From NCBI GenBank assembly GCA_013416795.1, contig RQSC01000026.1, positions 601,607 to 662,426 on the forward strand: a stretch of DNA of 60,820 nt, in the 5' to 3' direction. This DNA comes from Prasinococcaceae sp. CCMP 1430. Its lineage: Eukaryota; Plantae; Prasinodermophyta. Below the pieces are notes generated by a model, which was given only the letters and a program-made list of their open reading frames with translations, did not search any database and was not told the origin of the DNA. Each line of letters starts with the position of its first letter. Position 1 is the stretch's first letter. Of the stretch, positions 33,387 through 43,506 are shown piece by piece. The position numbers and the translations under genes are program-made.

Positions 33387-34833
33387 TTACGACCCGCGGG
33401 GCCCGTCCGCCGACGCCACCGCGGCCGCCGTGCGGCGCGTGCAGTCACCCTCGGCGAGTGCCCGCCGCGAGTGGAGCAATTCAACCGCCTCATGCGACAG
33501 CCTGACCTTGCTCGATGTTCGCGCAAGCATTTCAGACTCAAACTCGGCAAGCGCGGCGCCAACGGACTCGAGCCTCCCACCTCCAGACACGGAGAGCTCA
33601 GGCGTGGCTGACAACCGCCTCGCGAGCGCCACCGCATCAGCGAGCGCGCAGTTGGCACCTTGGCCCTTGAACATGGACATCTGCACAAGTTCGCACGAGG
33701 GGGCGGGTGTCAGCCCAGGCGCGTGAGCGCGACACAGACGCGGCCGTGCGCACGCTCGAGCACACACGAAGCTGCACACGTACCGGGTGTGCCGCATCGC
33801 CAAGCACGGTCACGCGCGAGTCTTCGCGCGAGCGCAAGTCGCCGGGCTCCGCGACGGGCCTGTCGTAGGCAGGGTATGCAGACACAAGCTCGCACGGCGT
33901 GGCCGCGACCATGGCCGGCACGGGGTCGTGCCAGCCCGCGACGGCATCGACAGCCACGCGCTTGAGGCGCTGTATGCCCTCGGCGTCACGTGCTTGCGCA
34001 AGTGCTTGCGCCTCATCCTCCTCCATCGCGAAACTAAGTTGCCACATATAGCGGCCTGCCTCGTCGAAAGGCATTGCGAAGAGCCTCACAGCTCGGCTGT
34101 TGCCGTCGCCAGCCCCGTCCCCCTCACGCGCGTCGATGCTCTGCCAAACGCGGCGCTCCTCAACCCACGGATGATGCAGCTCGGTGATACCCAGTAACAC
34201 CACGCATCCGAGGTAGCGCAGGCCTCCACTTATCGCGCGTGATATCCTCGTATCGAGCTGGGCGCGCACCGGCGAGCGTATGCCGTCGGCGCCGACGAGG
34301 CATGCGTAGGCGCGCTCTGACCCGTCCGCGAGCCTCACGACGACACTCTCCCCGACTTCCTCGAAGGATTCGAGCGCGGCACCCCAGCGCACGGCACCGG
34401 CGTCGAGCCGCGCCAGCAGCTCCCAGCGCAGCGTCTGTCGAGGCAGGTGCAGGTTGTTGCGCCGTGGCCGCCGTTTGCGCCGACCGTGCTCGCAGTCACT
34501 GTCGCCACCCGACGCTATGCCCCCGCGCGAGGCAATGGCGTGGCCGTACGCACCGACGACTCTGCCGGTCCGCGCCTCGTGCGTGTAGTGCGCGCCCGTC
34601 GGCACGCCGAGCAGCGCTGAGTCGATGCCGAGCGCGCGCAGTGTTGAGTTGGCCTGCTGCAGCGTGAAGCCATAGCCGGCCTTGCGCGCGTCGAATGACT
34701 CGTCGCGCTCGAGCAGCTCGCAGCGGACGCCGCGCTGACGCAGCGCGAGCGCGAGCGCGCACCCACCGATGCCTGCGCCCACCACGCCCACGGTGCCCGC
34801 GCCGGCGCGTGGCGCTGGCGTGGCACGCTGCAT
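33387..34833 (-). CDS. FAD-dependent monooxygenase (group A), intron 33681-33783; 5' end uncertain
   Basis: VVGAGIGG, LVGADGIRSPVR, and VTVLGDAAHP|MSMFKGQGANCALADA fingerprints. Confidence 0.92.
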
Positions 34834-35351
34834 ATCTGGGACTGCGCCGCTGTCCGCCCCCTCGACAGCGGCCGTGCGCGAGGCGCGTGCTCCCGCATGC
34901 GCCCGCGCTCGTCGCCGCCGCCCTGCCCTCAGGCCGACCGGCACCGGCGGCGGCGCCCCTCGCCGTCGCAGCGGTGCCAGTGGCATCGCGCCCCGCGTGC
35001 GCGGCGGGCCGCCGTCGGACGCGTATGCTGTGTGGCGCGGAGCACCGCGTCGACCGTGGTTTGCAGACGGGGCGCCGCGTTCCGCCGTTGGCCGCCAGGA
35101 CTGCTAGCAACTGTTTTTGCGCGCAGCGCCGCAGGTGCCCGCACAGGCCGAGTTTGCCGGGGGGGGGAGGAGGGCGCCCCGCGCCTCGGCCCTCCCTCCC
35201 TTGCTGCAAAGGCGGAGCGTCCCACGGGACAGCCGGGGGAGCGACGCGGTAGCGGCGCGCCACAGCGCCCCCCCCCAGCGCAACTAGGCCTGCGCCGGGC
35301 GGGGGCTGTGCGTGCGCGCGTGTTTTTTGCGCGACTGCGTGCGTGTACAGA

Positions 35352-36857
35352 ATGTCAGCAGTGACACAGGTCGCTGCCGTGACAGCGGCGGCAAGGCTGG
35401 CCCCACGCCCGCGGCGGGCAGGCGGCGAGCGGACGGCATCGCGGCGTGGGTGCGCGTGCGGGAGGGGCAACTCCCGCCGCTCGCGCGGGGAGGCCGGGCG
35501 GACCGGCAGCAGCAGCGCTGACGCTGACGATTCCGGCAAGCCCGCGGCCCACGCCACGCGCTACGACCAGGCGCGCGCGCGCCAGGGCATTGCCGCGGTC
35601 GCTGCGCGCCTGGCGTGCGATGCGGTATCCAGGGACGCTCGCCGTGGCGCGTTCGAGAAGATGAACAAGAGGCCGGTGGCGACGCGTAGGAAGCGGAGGG
35701 TGACGGCGAGCGCCCTTGAGCCTGGCAGCAAGACCGCGATCGAGGCCGCCAAGGTAGCCGGGTCCAAGCAAGAGCGCCTTTTCAACCGCGTCAGCAGCAA
35801 GGACGCTCACTTGGCCAACGAGATCGCCGCGCGCCTCGCGCACTTGCAGCGCCTGTTCAACTCCGGAGAGATCGACAGTCTGTCTGCAGAGCTCTTCACC
35901 ACCACAGGCGTCTTCGTTCCCGCGGGGCAGGCCGCCCAGGCCATGGCGGCGGGGGACGAGGCCAAGGCAGAGGATTTTTTCGTCGGGCACCGTGCCATCG
36001 CGAAGGGGATGGAGGCGGTGCGTACGGTCCGCTCGCGAGCGCTCGCTTGCTCGCAGCTCGTGGCTGCTGCCGCGGCGTGCGGCTGAACTGTACCACGCAT
36101 ATCACAAAGCTCGAAACTCCGCGTCCCTTGTACCCTCGCTGGCTGACCTTTGACCGCTCCCACCCCACACAAAAAAAATCAACACCATTACCCGCCGTTG
36201 CTGGGGTGGTAGGTGCGCGAGAGTGTCGCACCCATGGTCGCCGCCGAGCCTCGCCGCGTGCACTTCATCGGCCCCGAGCCAAAGTTTGCGTTCGAGCTCG
36301 GCACGTTCGTCTTTGAGGACGTCGACGGCAGGCACAAGCTGCGACGCTGTGCCCAGTGGACGAAAGGGGGCGCGGACGATCAGGGCGGCGACGGCCGCTG
36401 GCGAATGTGCTTCTGCATGCTTTACGACGAGGCAGCGATTTGGGACTCAGACTCAGATGGAGAGCTCTGGTCATCTTCGTCGGGGTACTCCTCTGACGTC
36501 GACTTGGAGCGCGAGCCTTGGTACTACGACCGTGTGGTCACCTCCTCTGATGAAGACTCTGAGTCGGAGCCGGATTCAGCAGAGTATCCAAGCTTCGACA
36601 GCGGCTCGGATTTTGACCCCGTGGTGACGTGGGAGTACTCCCAAGGGCGGGCCGGTAGCCCGCCGTCCGGTTCCTTCACCGACAGCGGGTCCGCAGGCTA
36701 CAGCGTGCAAGGCAGCGACTGGCACACGTGGCGTCGCCCCGGGGACGCGCCGCGGCAGAGCAGCCCCACCCCACCACCGAGCCCGCCCGACCCGCTGGCG
36801 CCCCAGTCGCCTTTCGGCCCCGCTGACGAGGCCTCGAAGTGGAGGGAGTCGTTGTGA
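35352..36857 (+). CDS. NTF2/SnoaL-like (DUF4440-type) domain protein with acidic tail, intron 36018-36212
   Basis: LFNSGEIDSLSAELFTTTGVFVP..VGHRAI..|..FAFELGTFVF..QWTK..GRWRM pattern; splice sites join in phase 0. Start codon is uncertain. Confidence 0.6.
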
Positions 36858-37888
36858 CGAGCAGTAGGCGCCGCGCGCGTCTCGCGTGCGCGGCTGTAGC
36901 CTTCGTCACTGCAGAAGAGCTGAACGAGAGTGCTCAAAGCCTCGAACACAGTGAGAACAGCGCTTGCAGTAACCCGCACGAACGTTGAACCCGCAGCTTG
37001 CCAACACAAAAACAACCCCCTGCGGGTGATTTTCCTATCTTTTCCCGCATTTGACGGTCAGATCGCTGTGGAGTCGCGCGTCCCATCGTTTGCATTCCTA
37101 TCATGGGCCTGGTACGTGTAGGGACAGTGACAAGTACGCCGTGTTGTGGATCCCCATGGGAATGTCCATGGCATTCACAAACTGCTTAGCAACCTGTTTT
37201 GTTTGCAGTCAAACGTGCACTGTAAGGAGGCAGTGTGCGTGGCGCGCCACACACAGCGCGCCGCGGCACGCCGTCGCCCGGCGCGCGACGCGCGTCGCTT
37301 CCGCCGCCGAGGGAGGGGGAGCCGGGCCTGCCCCGACCCGCGCCCCCGGTGCGGCCCGCCCCCCGTGTGGCACCACGCCCGCGGCGTCGGTTGCCACCCG
37401 GCGCCGCGCAAAAAACAAAAAAGGACTGTGTATATGCAAGCGCATTCAAATTAAACCACGGGCGAGTCAAAATGTCCCGTATTTTCCTTGACGTTCCTTG
37501 CGTTTGATGGCATATCCAAAAGGAAATTTTACGGTTTGGAATTTGGGCGCCCCGCGCTGGGCGGCGGTTCCCCTGGCGCCGCGCGAATACGAACGGCGCG
37601 ACCAGTGGGGTCGGGGCGGGCGCGGCGGCGCGAGAGCGCGCTGGTGTGCGTGCCGCGCGTATTGTGCGGGCGGGTGGGCAGGCGCGCGGGCGCGTACGCA
37701 CGTGGTGCAGGTGGGTGGCTCGCTGCCGACGCCACTGCGCGCGCGCCTCCGCGCCGCGCGGTGCGCGGTACGCCGCTCGCGCCGCGGCCGACGCCGTGGT
37801 GTGCGTCGCCGTTTGGGATCCGCATCGTACCGCGCGCGCGCGTTCTTTCGCTGGGCTGTTAGCGCACACGCGAACGGCGGCCGGCGAG

Positions 37889-38992
37889 ATGAGGGCAGGC
37901 TGTGCTCTCGGGCGCCTCGGCGGGCTCGCCTTGGCGGCGGCTGCTGGCGCACTGTTTATGGCCGGCGCTGCACCCTCACTCGCGGACGGCGAGCAGCCGC
38001 TCGTCGCGGGCGGCGTGCACGCCGGAAATCGCTGGCGGCTGCCACCGCGAGGCTGCGATCCGGCGGACGTGATGACGCCAGCGGCCGTGGAGCACTCGGT
38101 GCGTGCGCTCATTGACGCCGAAGAGATGTTCTCTCCATTCGAGCACTTGTACGTCACTGAGATCTTCCATCCGGACGTGTACGCATGCATGATGCACCTG
38201 ATGCCCCCTCGCGAGGCGTACTCGCGGAGCCATTTCCTCAGCAATCTTCACGAGGACAATGACGAGATCCCCGTGCGGTACCAGACGCGCATCCACCAGC
38301 CCGCTCGCATCGGGCCCAAGGACGTCAAGGTAGCGCGTGATTACATGAACTCGACCGCGCAGGCCTTCTGGGCGGCGTGGGAGGAACACTACGGCTCGCA
38401 CAGCGACTTCTCCCGAGCTCTCATGGAGCGCTTTCGCGGCGCACTAGAGGCGCGCACGCCCGCGTTCCTGGATGAGGTTGAGTTCGTCTCCACAGATTTT
38501 TTCCAGTGGGACCAGCCCGGCACCGCCTTTGAGCCGCACAGTGAATTGAGGGATCAGTGGGTCACCTTCATTTTCTTCCTTCCCGTGGATCACACGCACG
38601 ACGATATGGCGACCAAGTTGCTGGCGCCGAGGGACAAGGATCTGGCGTGGTTGCGGTCCGAACAGGCTTCGGATACCCACCATGGCTCGGTCCATCCCCC
38701 CCTCAAGGTATTCTATCCAATCGATGCGTATCCGCAGGGCCTCTTCATACCCAACTCCATGGTTTCCTTCGTGCCATGCAAAGACTCGTGGCACGCCGTG
38801 TTGCCCGCGTCCGGAGAGAGACACTCCATCTCGGGCTGCATTGGGACCGAGCCAACCAACGATGTCCCCAAGGTCATGTGCCGGCGCAGACCGGACGTGC
38901 GGCAGCTCGCGCGTGAGCGCGACACGCGGCTGAGGTGGTTCGAGGAGTGGCGCATGGCGCGCGGCGCGGATAGCCGCAGCTGGAGCCGCTGA
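37889..38992 (+). CDS. Secreted 2OG-Fe(II) oxygenase-like protein
   Basis: Signal peptide; SPFEHLYVTEIFHPDVY, FEPHSE..VTFIFFL, FIPNSMVSF..SWHAV..RHSI (H-x-E...H...R). Confidence 0.7.
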   Translation: MRAGCALGRLGGLALAAAAGALFMAGAAPSLADGEQPLVAGGVHAGNRWRLPPRGCDPADVMTPAAVEHSVRALIDAEEMFSPFEHLYVTEIFHPDVYACMMHLMPPREAYSRSHFLSNLHEDNDEIPVRYQTRIHQPARIGPKDVKVARDYMNSTAQAFWAAWEEHYGSHSDFSRALMERFRGALEARTPAFLDEVEFVSTDFFQWDQPGTAFEPHSELRDQWVTFIFFLPVDHTHDDMATKLLAPRDKDLAWLRSEQASDTHHGSVHPPLKVFYPIDAYPQGLFIPNSMVSFVPCKDSWHAVLPASGERHSISGCIGTEPTNDVPKVMCRRRPDVRQLARERDTRLRWFEEWRMARGADSRSWSR

Positions 38993-39116
38993 GGGATACG
39001 CGCGTATGCATGCGCGCGAACCACGGAGGTAGTGTGCATGCGTCGACAGAGACGAGCGAGCAGACACCCGAGCAAACGCTGTCGCTGCTCTCCATGCTAC
39101 CTATAGGAGAAAGTAA

Positions 39117-40433
39117 TTACCAACGCGAGCCTCCGACGCGCAGCAGGTCACCGTCGCTGTGCACCTGGAGCATGGTCGACGCCACAGCGCGCGTGCGCGA
39201 GGATGCGCTGGCAATTGCCGAGCCAACGTTGGAACGATCGGTGGAGCTGGCGAGCACGTGCACCGGCCGCGCGCGCTCCGTCACGCCGACGCCTGGTGCG
39301 CCGCTGCTCGCCCTCACGAACGAGCTGGGCGGGGCTGCCAATCCAGTCGAGCCCCCAAGCGACGAAAGTTCGGTCAGACTGCGAGATCGGCGGTGCTCTC
39401 GCAAGGTGCCGCTCGCGCGAGCTCTCACGTCCGTATGTGATGACGTGCGTGGCCGCGCGGGCACCTGCTGCGGCGTGCCACCGCGCGACGAGCCACGCGA
39501 GCGCGGCGTACTGCGCTGCGAGGGCGACGACGACCCTGTGGGCGTCGACGTGGGGGAGGAGCGCATGTCTCCGAAGGTCTGGCGCACCCAAAGCAGCACT
39601 TCCTGCGCGGCAGCGTGCGCACCGGCCTCGGTGGCGAACGCGCCGTGCCCTGTCACCATGGGGCTCGTATCGACCTTTGCAGCAGCCGCGCGGCGGTCGC
39701 GCGCGCTCCGCCGACGCACGTGCCCCACAGTGGCCACCTTCGTCGCCCCGGGCATTCTCCGTGTCCTTTCGTGCAGTGATCCCAGCGGCGCGCAGTAGTC
39801 CTTGTCCACCGCCACGAAGAGCTTAGGCTTGCTCGTGCTCACGTGGCTGCGCCCTGGCGCGAGTGCCCACGCCATGCGGAACGGATACCCAACACATGCC
39901 AGACCCCACACATTTGTTGAGCAGTCGGCGCAGGACATGCCGATCACCGCACCGAAAGAGAAGCCAACCAGCACGACCCCTTTGCACACCGCGCGTGCCT
40001 GCAGCGCGCACACGCACGCGAACACATCCTCTCGCTCTCTGACTCGCGCGTAGCCGCGGCGGCCGCCCGAGCCACCGCTGCCGCGCCAGTCGGGCGCCAG
40101 CACCGAGTAGCCCGCATTGGCCAGCGCGCTCAGTGCGCGGTCGACGCTCATGCATGTTGAGCAGCCGCCCAGTGAGGGATGCGGGGGCAGGAGTACCACG
40201 CCCACGAGCCCTCTCCGCCCGTCCGCGACGAGCGCTGACAGCATGGCGCCGCCCGAGCCCTGCACTGAAATGCGCTCGAGCGTGAGCGCGCTTTGCGCTG
40301 GCTCAGCGGCAGCCGCCTCAGCCGCGCCAGGCGCGGCCGCAGCAGCCGAAGCGGACAGCGTCGGCCCACCCTTCACGGGCGCTGTCCATCCACCAGCGAT
40401 CGGCGTGGACAGCGCCGCTGCGCGCGGAGCCAT
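39117..40433 (-). CDS. Alpha/beta-fold hydrolase with disordered C-terminal tail
   Basis: PPHPSLGG, DWRGSGGSGG, nucleophile elbow GFSFG, KPKLFV..DKD (Asp), and GHGAF (His). Confidence 0.85.
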   Translation of the reverse strand: MAPRAAALSTPIAGGWTAPVKGGPTLSASAAAAAPGAAEAAAAEPAQSALTLERISVQGSGGAMLSALVADGRRGLVGVVLLPPHPSLGGCSTCMSVDRALSALANAGYSVLAPDWRGSGGSGGRRGYARVREREDVFACVCALQARAVCKGVVLVGFSFGAVIGMSCADCSTNVWGLACVGYPFRMAWALAPGRSHVSTSKPKLFVAVDKDYCAPLGSLHERTRRMPGATKVATVGHVRRRSARDRRAAAAKVDTSPMVTGHGAFATEAGAHAAAQEVLLWVRQTFGDMRSSPTSTPTGSSSPSQRSTPRSRGSSRGGTPQQVPARPRTSSHTDVRARASGTLREHRRSRSLTELSSLGGSTGLAAPPSSFVRASSGAPGVGVTERARPVHVLASSTDRSNVGSAIASASSRTRAVASTMLQVHSDGDLLRVGGSRW

Positions 40434-41400
40434 TCCGGCGCACCTCGCGCGCCCCTCCTACGCGTGCAGGGAGCGCGGGCGCCGCGGCGCCTCTGAAGGC
40501 ACTACGGCCACGTGCGTTCCCTGACACACCCGCGGCGCCACATCAGGCTATCCCCTCATTGCCCGCTCGCTGTCACCTCACACCTTTCCACTTCTCGCCC
40601 CTCTAACACCCGCGTCTGCCCGCTCCTCGCAGACTCAAGCACACCAGCGGACACGGCGGAGGTGGGGTGCGGGGGAACGCGTGCACGCGTGGGAGCGCTC
40701 GCGCGCGTGCAGTGAGGCTTGTGGCACCCCGCCACGCCAGTGCGCAAAGCGATTCCTGCTGCGAAGGACAGCAGCAATCCGCCATCCGGTCCGTCCGCGC
40801 ACCATCATCATCATCCCCCTCGCCCGCCGGCCGAGCTCGCGCCGCAACCGAGCGAGGCAGCCGCGATCGGCCGCGGCCTCGATGGCGGAGTCGGCCGGGG
40901 GCGTCCTGGGAGCCAAGGGCGGTGCAGCGAGCGCTGACGCAGGCGGCGGGCGCTGCTGCAGACGCGCTCGCGGCGGCCGGCCGGTGGCGCACCAACCGCC
41001 GGCCATCCGTCTTCATATTCCGGGCCAAATCGACTCGATAGCGAAATACGTCAATCAAAATACATTTCCCATTCCTCATTTTACGGGAAAATCATGTTCA
41101 AATTCTCTGTCTGTGGCGTCGCACTTCGCGGGGCTTGAATCGGCGATCCGGACGACGCTGGGACACTCGTGGAGATGGTGCGCACAGGCCATTTCGCGGT
41201 GTGACGAGCGAACGTCTTATCCCTCCGCAAAATCAAGGTCAGCCTTGTTAACTGATATTGGACGGGCGTCGCCCGTTTCTTTTTATTTTCGATCGACTTT
41301 CGACCGATTTTTTTTGTTTTTGGAATGCGCGTTTTCTTTCCGAGCTGCGCTCGCGCGCCACAACAAGCGCGCGTGGCGCCAGGCCGGGAGAGAGCGCGCC

Positions 41401-41401
<1 letters not shown>

Positions 41402-41449
<48 letters not shown>
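41402..41449. repeat. C48 homopolymer 80 nt upstream of the PP6 ATG
   Basis: Uninterrupted C run. Confidence 0.9.
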
Positions 41450-41452
<3 letters not shown>

Positions 41453-41528
41453 CCCTTTTCTTGCGGGGCCGCTCCCCTCCCTCACCCCTCTGGCGCGTGC
41501 GCGGGCTGCCGCGGCTGCGGCCGCCGCC

Positions 41529-43122
41529 ATGGGACGCCTCAACCTCGATGCCGCCATTGAGTCAATCACGAAGTGCAAGTACCTGCCGGAGGACGAGCTC
41601 AAGGAGCTCTGCGACCGTGTGAAGGAGCTGCTCATCGAGGAGAGCAACGTCGCGCCGGTGTGCTCGCCGGTGACGGTGTGCGGCGACATTCACGGCCAGT
41701 TCCATGACCTCCTGAAGCTGTTCGAGACTGGGGGAAAGGTGCCAGACACAAACTACATCTTCATGGTGCGTGCTGCACGGCGCGCATACCGCAAGCGCTG
41801 GCGCACGGGTGAGGGGATGGAACTTGGGAGGGGGGGGAGTGTATCTGTGTGGGCGATTCGTATCGGAGCGGCGTCGCTGCCGCGCGCCGATCGTCGCGAG
41901 AGGCACCTTTCAGTGGCGTGCCCGCCCGCGCGCTGCCTCTATGCGTCCGGCGCTCTTGTACTGCATCCGCTGTGCTCATTAGGGTTCGAAATGCAAGCGC
42001 AAGCGCTTGCGGCACGGCGGCGCTGCCTCGCGCACGCGCTGCGGCACTGTGCCAACTGCGCGCCCGCCGAGCCCATCCTTCGCAGCCCCGCCCGGCGTAC
42101 TATGGCAGCGCGGGCGCTGACCGCGAGCACCGCGTGCTTGCTGCTCGCCGCGGTCGCCTCGCCGCTTGTTGCCGCATGCCCCTGCGCCGGCCCCTGGGCT
42201 GTGCCGCACTCACAGGGCGACTTCGTCGACCGGGGCTACAACAGCCTGGAGGTGTTCACGATGCTGTTGCTGCTCAAGGCGCGCTGGCCGCACCGGATAA
42301 CGCTGCTGCGCGGCAACCACGAGTCGCGGCAGATCACGCAGGTGTACGGCTTCTACGACGAGTGCATGCGAAAGTACGGCAACGCCAATGCGTGGCGGTA
42401 CTGCACAGACGTGTTCGACTACCTGGGGCTGTGCGCCATTGTCGACGGCAAGGCGCTGTGCGTGCACGGCGGGCTGAGCCCCGACGTGCGCTCGCTCGAT
42501 CAGGTGCGCGTCATCGAGCGACAGTGTGAGATCCCACACGAGGGCCCATTCGCCGACCTCGTGTGGAGCGATCCAGAGGAGATTGAGACGTGGGCCGTCA
42601 GCCCACGCGGGGCAGGCTGGCTATTTGGGGGGAGGGTCACAGCAGAGTTCAACCATCTCAACGGGCTCGATGTGGTGCGTACGCGCAGAAGCGCTCCAAC
42701 ACGCGCGGGCATTCGCGCGCGCCGCGCTCGCACTGCGGCTTGCGCCCGTGCTCACGCGTTAGCGCGCCCGTTCGTATTGCTTGCGTCCCCGGCAGATCTG
42801 TCGTGCACACCAGCTGGTGCAGGAGGGTCTGAAGTACATGTTTGCAGACAAGTCGTTGGTGACTGTGTGGAGCGCGCCCAATTACTGCTACCGCTGCGGG
42901 AACGTGGCCTCTATCCTGACGTTCGACGAGAACATGGAGACCAGCGTGCAGTACTTCAGCGAAACGGAAGAGAACAACAACATGATCGCGCCACGGTGCG
43001 TCGTGCGCACTTTGCCCGCGCCAAGAAGGGCGCTTCGCTGCGCGGCGCACGCGCTCTATGCTGACACGGCTGCGCGTGCGCTTTTGGCTACCCACAGCGT
43101 CGCGGTGCCCTACTTCCAATAA
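41529..43122 (+). CDS. PPP6C: Ser/Thr protein phosphatase 6 catalytic subunit (FyPP/SIT4-like), introns 41766-42215, 42675-42795 and 42996-43097
   Basis: [79 protein letters not shown]. The [18 protein letters not shown] variants favour PP6 over PP2A/PP4. Confidence 0.93.
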
Positions 43123-43506
43123 CCTACGCTGCGAGCTAATAACGACTTGGGGAATGCGCATGGCAGATGGGCCGAGCGGACACGAGCGCGGAGGTGCAGG
43201 CTGCCGGAATGGAGGCTGCCGCGCGCGTGCGCGCGCGCGCGCACACACACACACACACACACGGTCGCTCCTCGCGCGCGCGTGGGAGTCAGCGCGGCGC
43301 CGAAGGCACGGCCAGTAAATGTGTGCACAGGAGCATTCTATGACACCACCTCGAAACGTACCTTGAGTTTGGGGTTGTGTGCTGGCTGGCCTGAGTGAGC
43401 GGTGGGGCCCGTCCGGGCGCCACACCGCGCGCGGCGCGCGCGCGCCCCACTGGGAGTAGCGTCCCCGCTGCTCGCTCCCACCCAGGCCTTGCCTCGGCGC
43501 GGCGCG

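Noticed and set aside
40556-41079. Short minus-strand ORFs upstream of the alpha/beta hydrolase
   Set aside because: No recognisable motif or consistent frame; more likely 5' UTR, intron or promoter sequence.
41325-41528. Poly-proline N-terminal extension of PP6 in the ORF track
   Set aside because: It is a translation of the C48 run; family similarity begins at ATG 41529.
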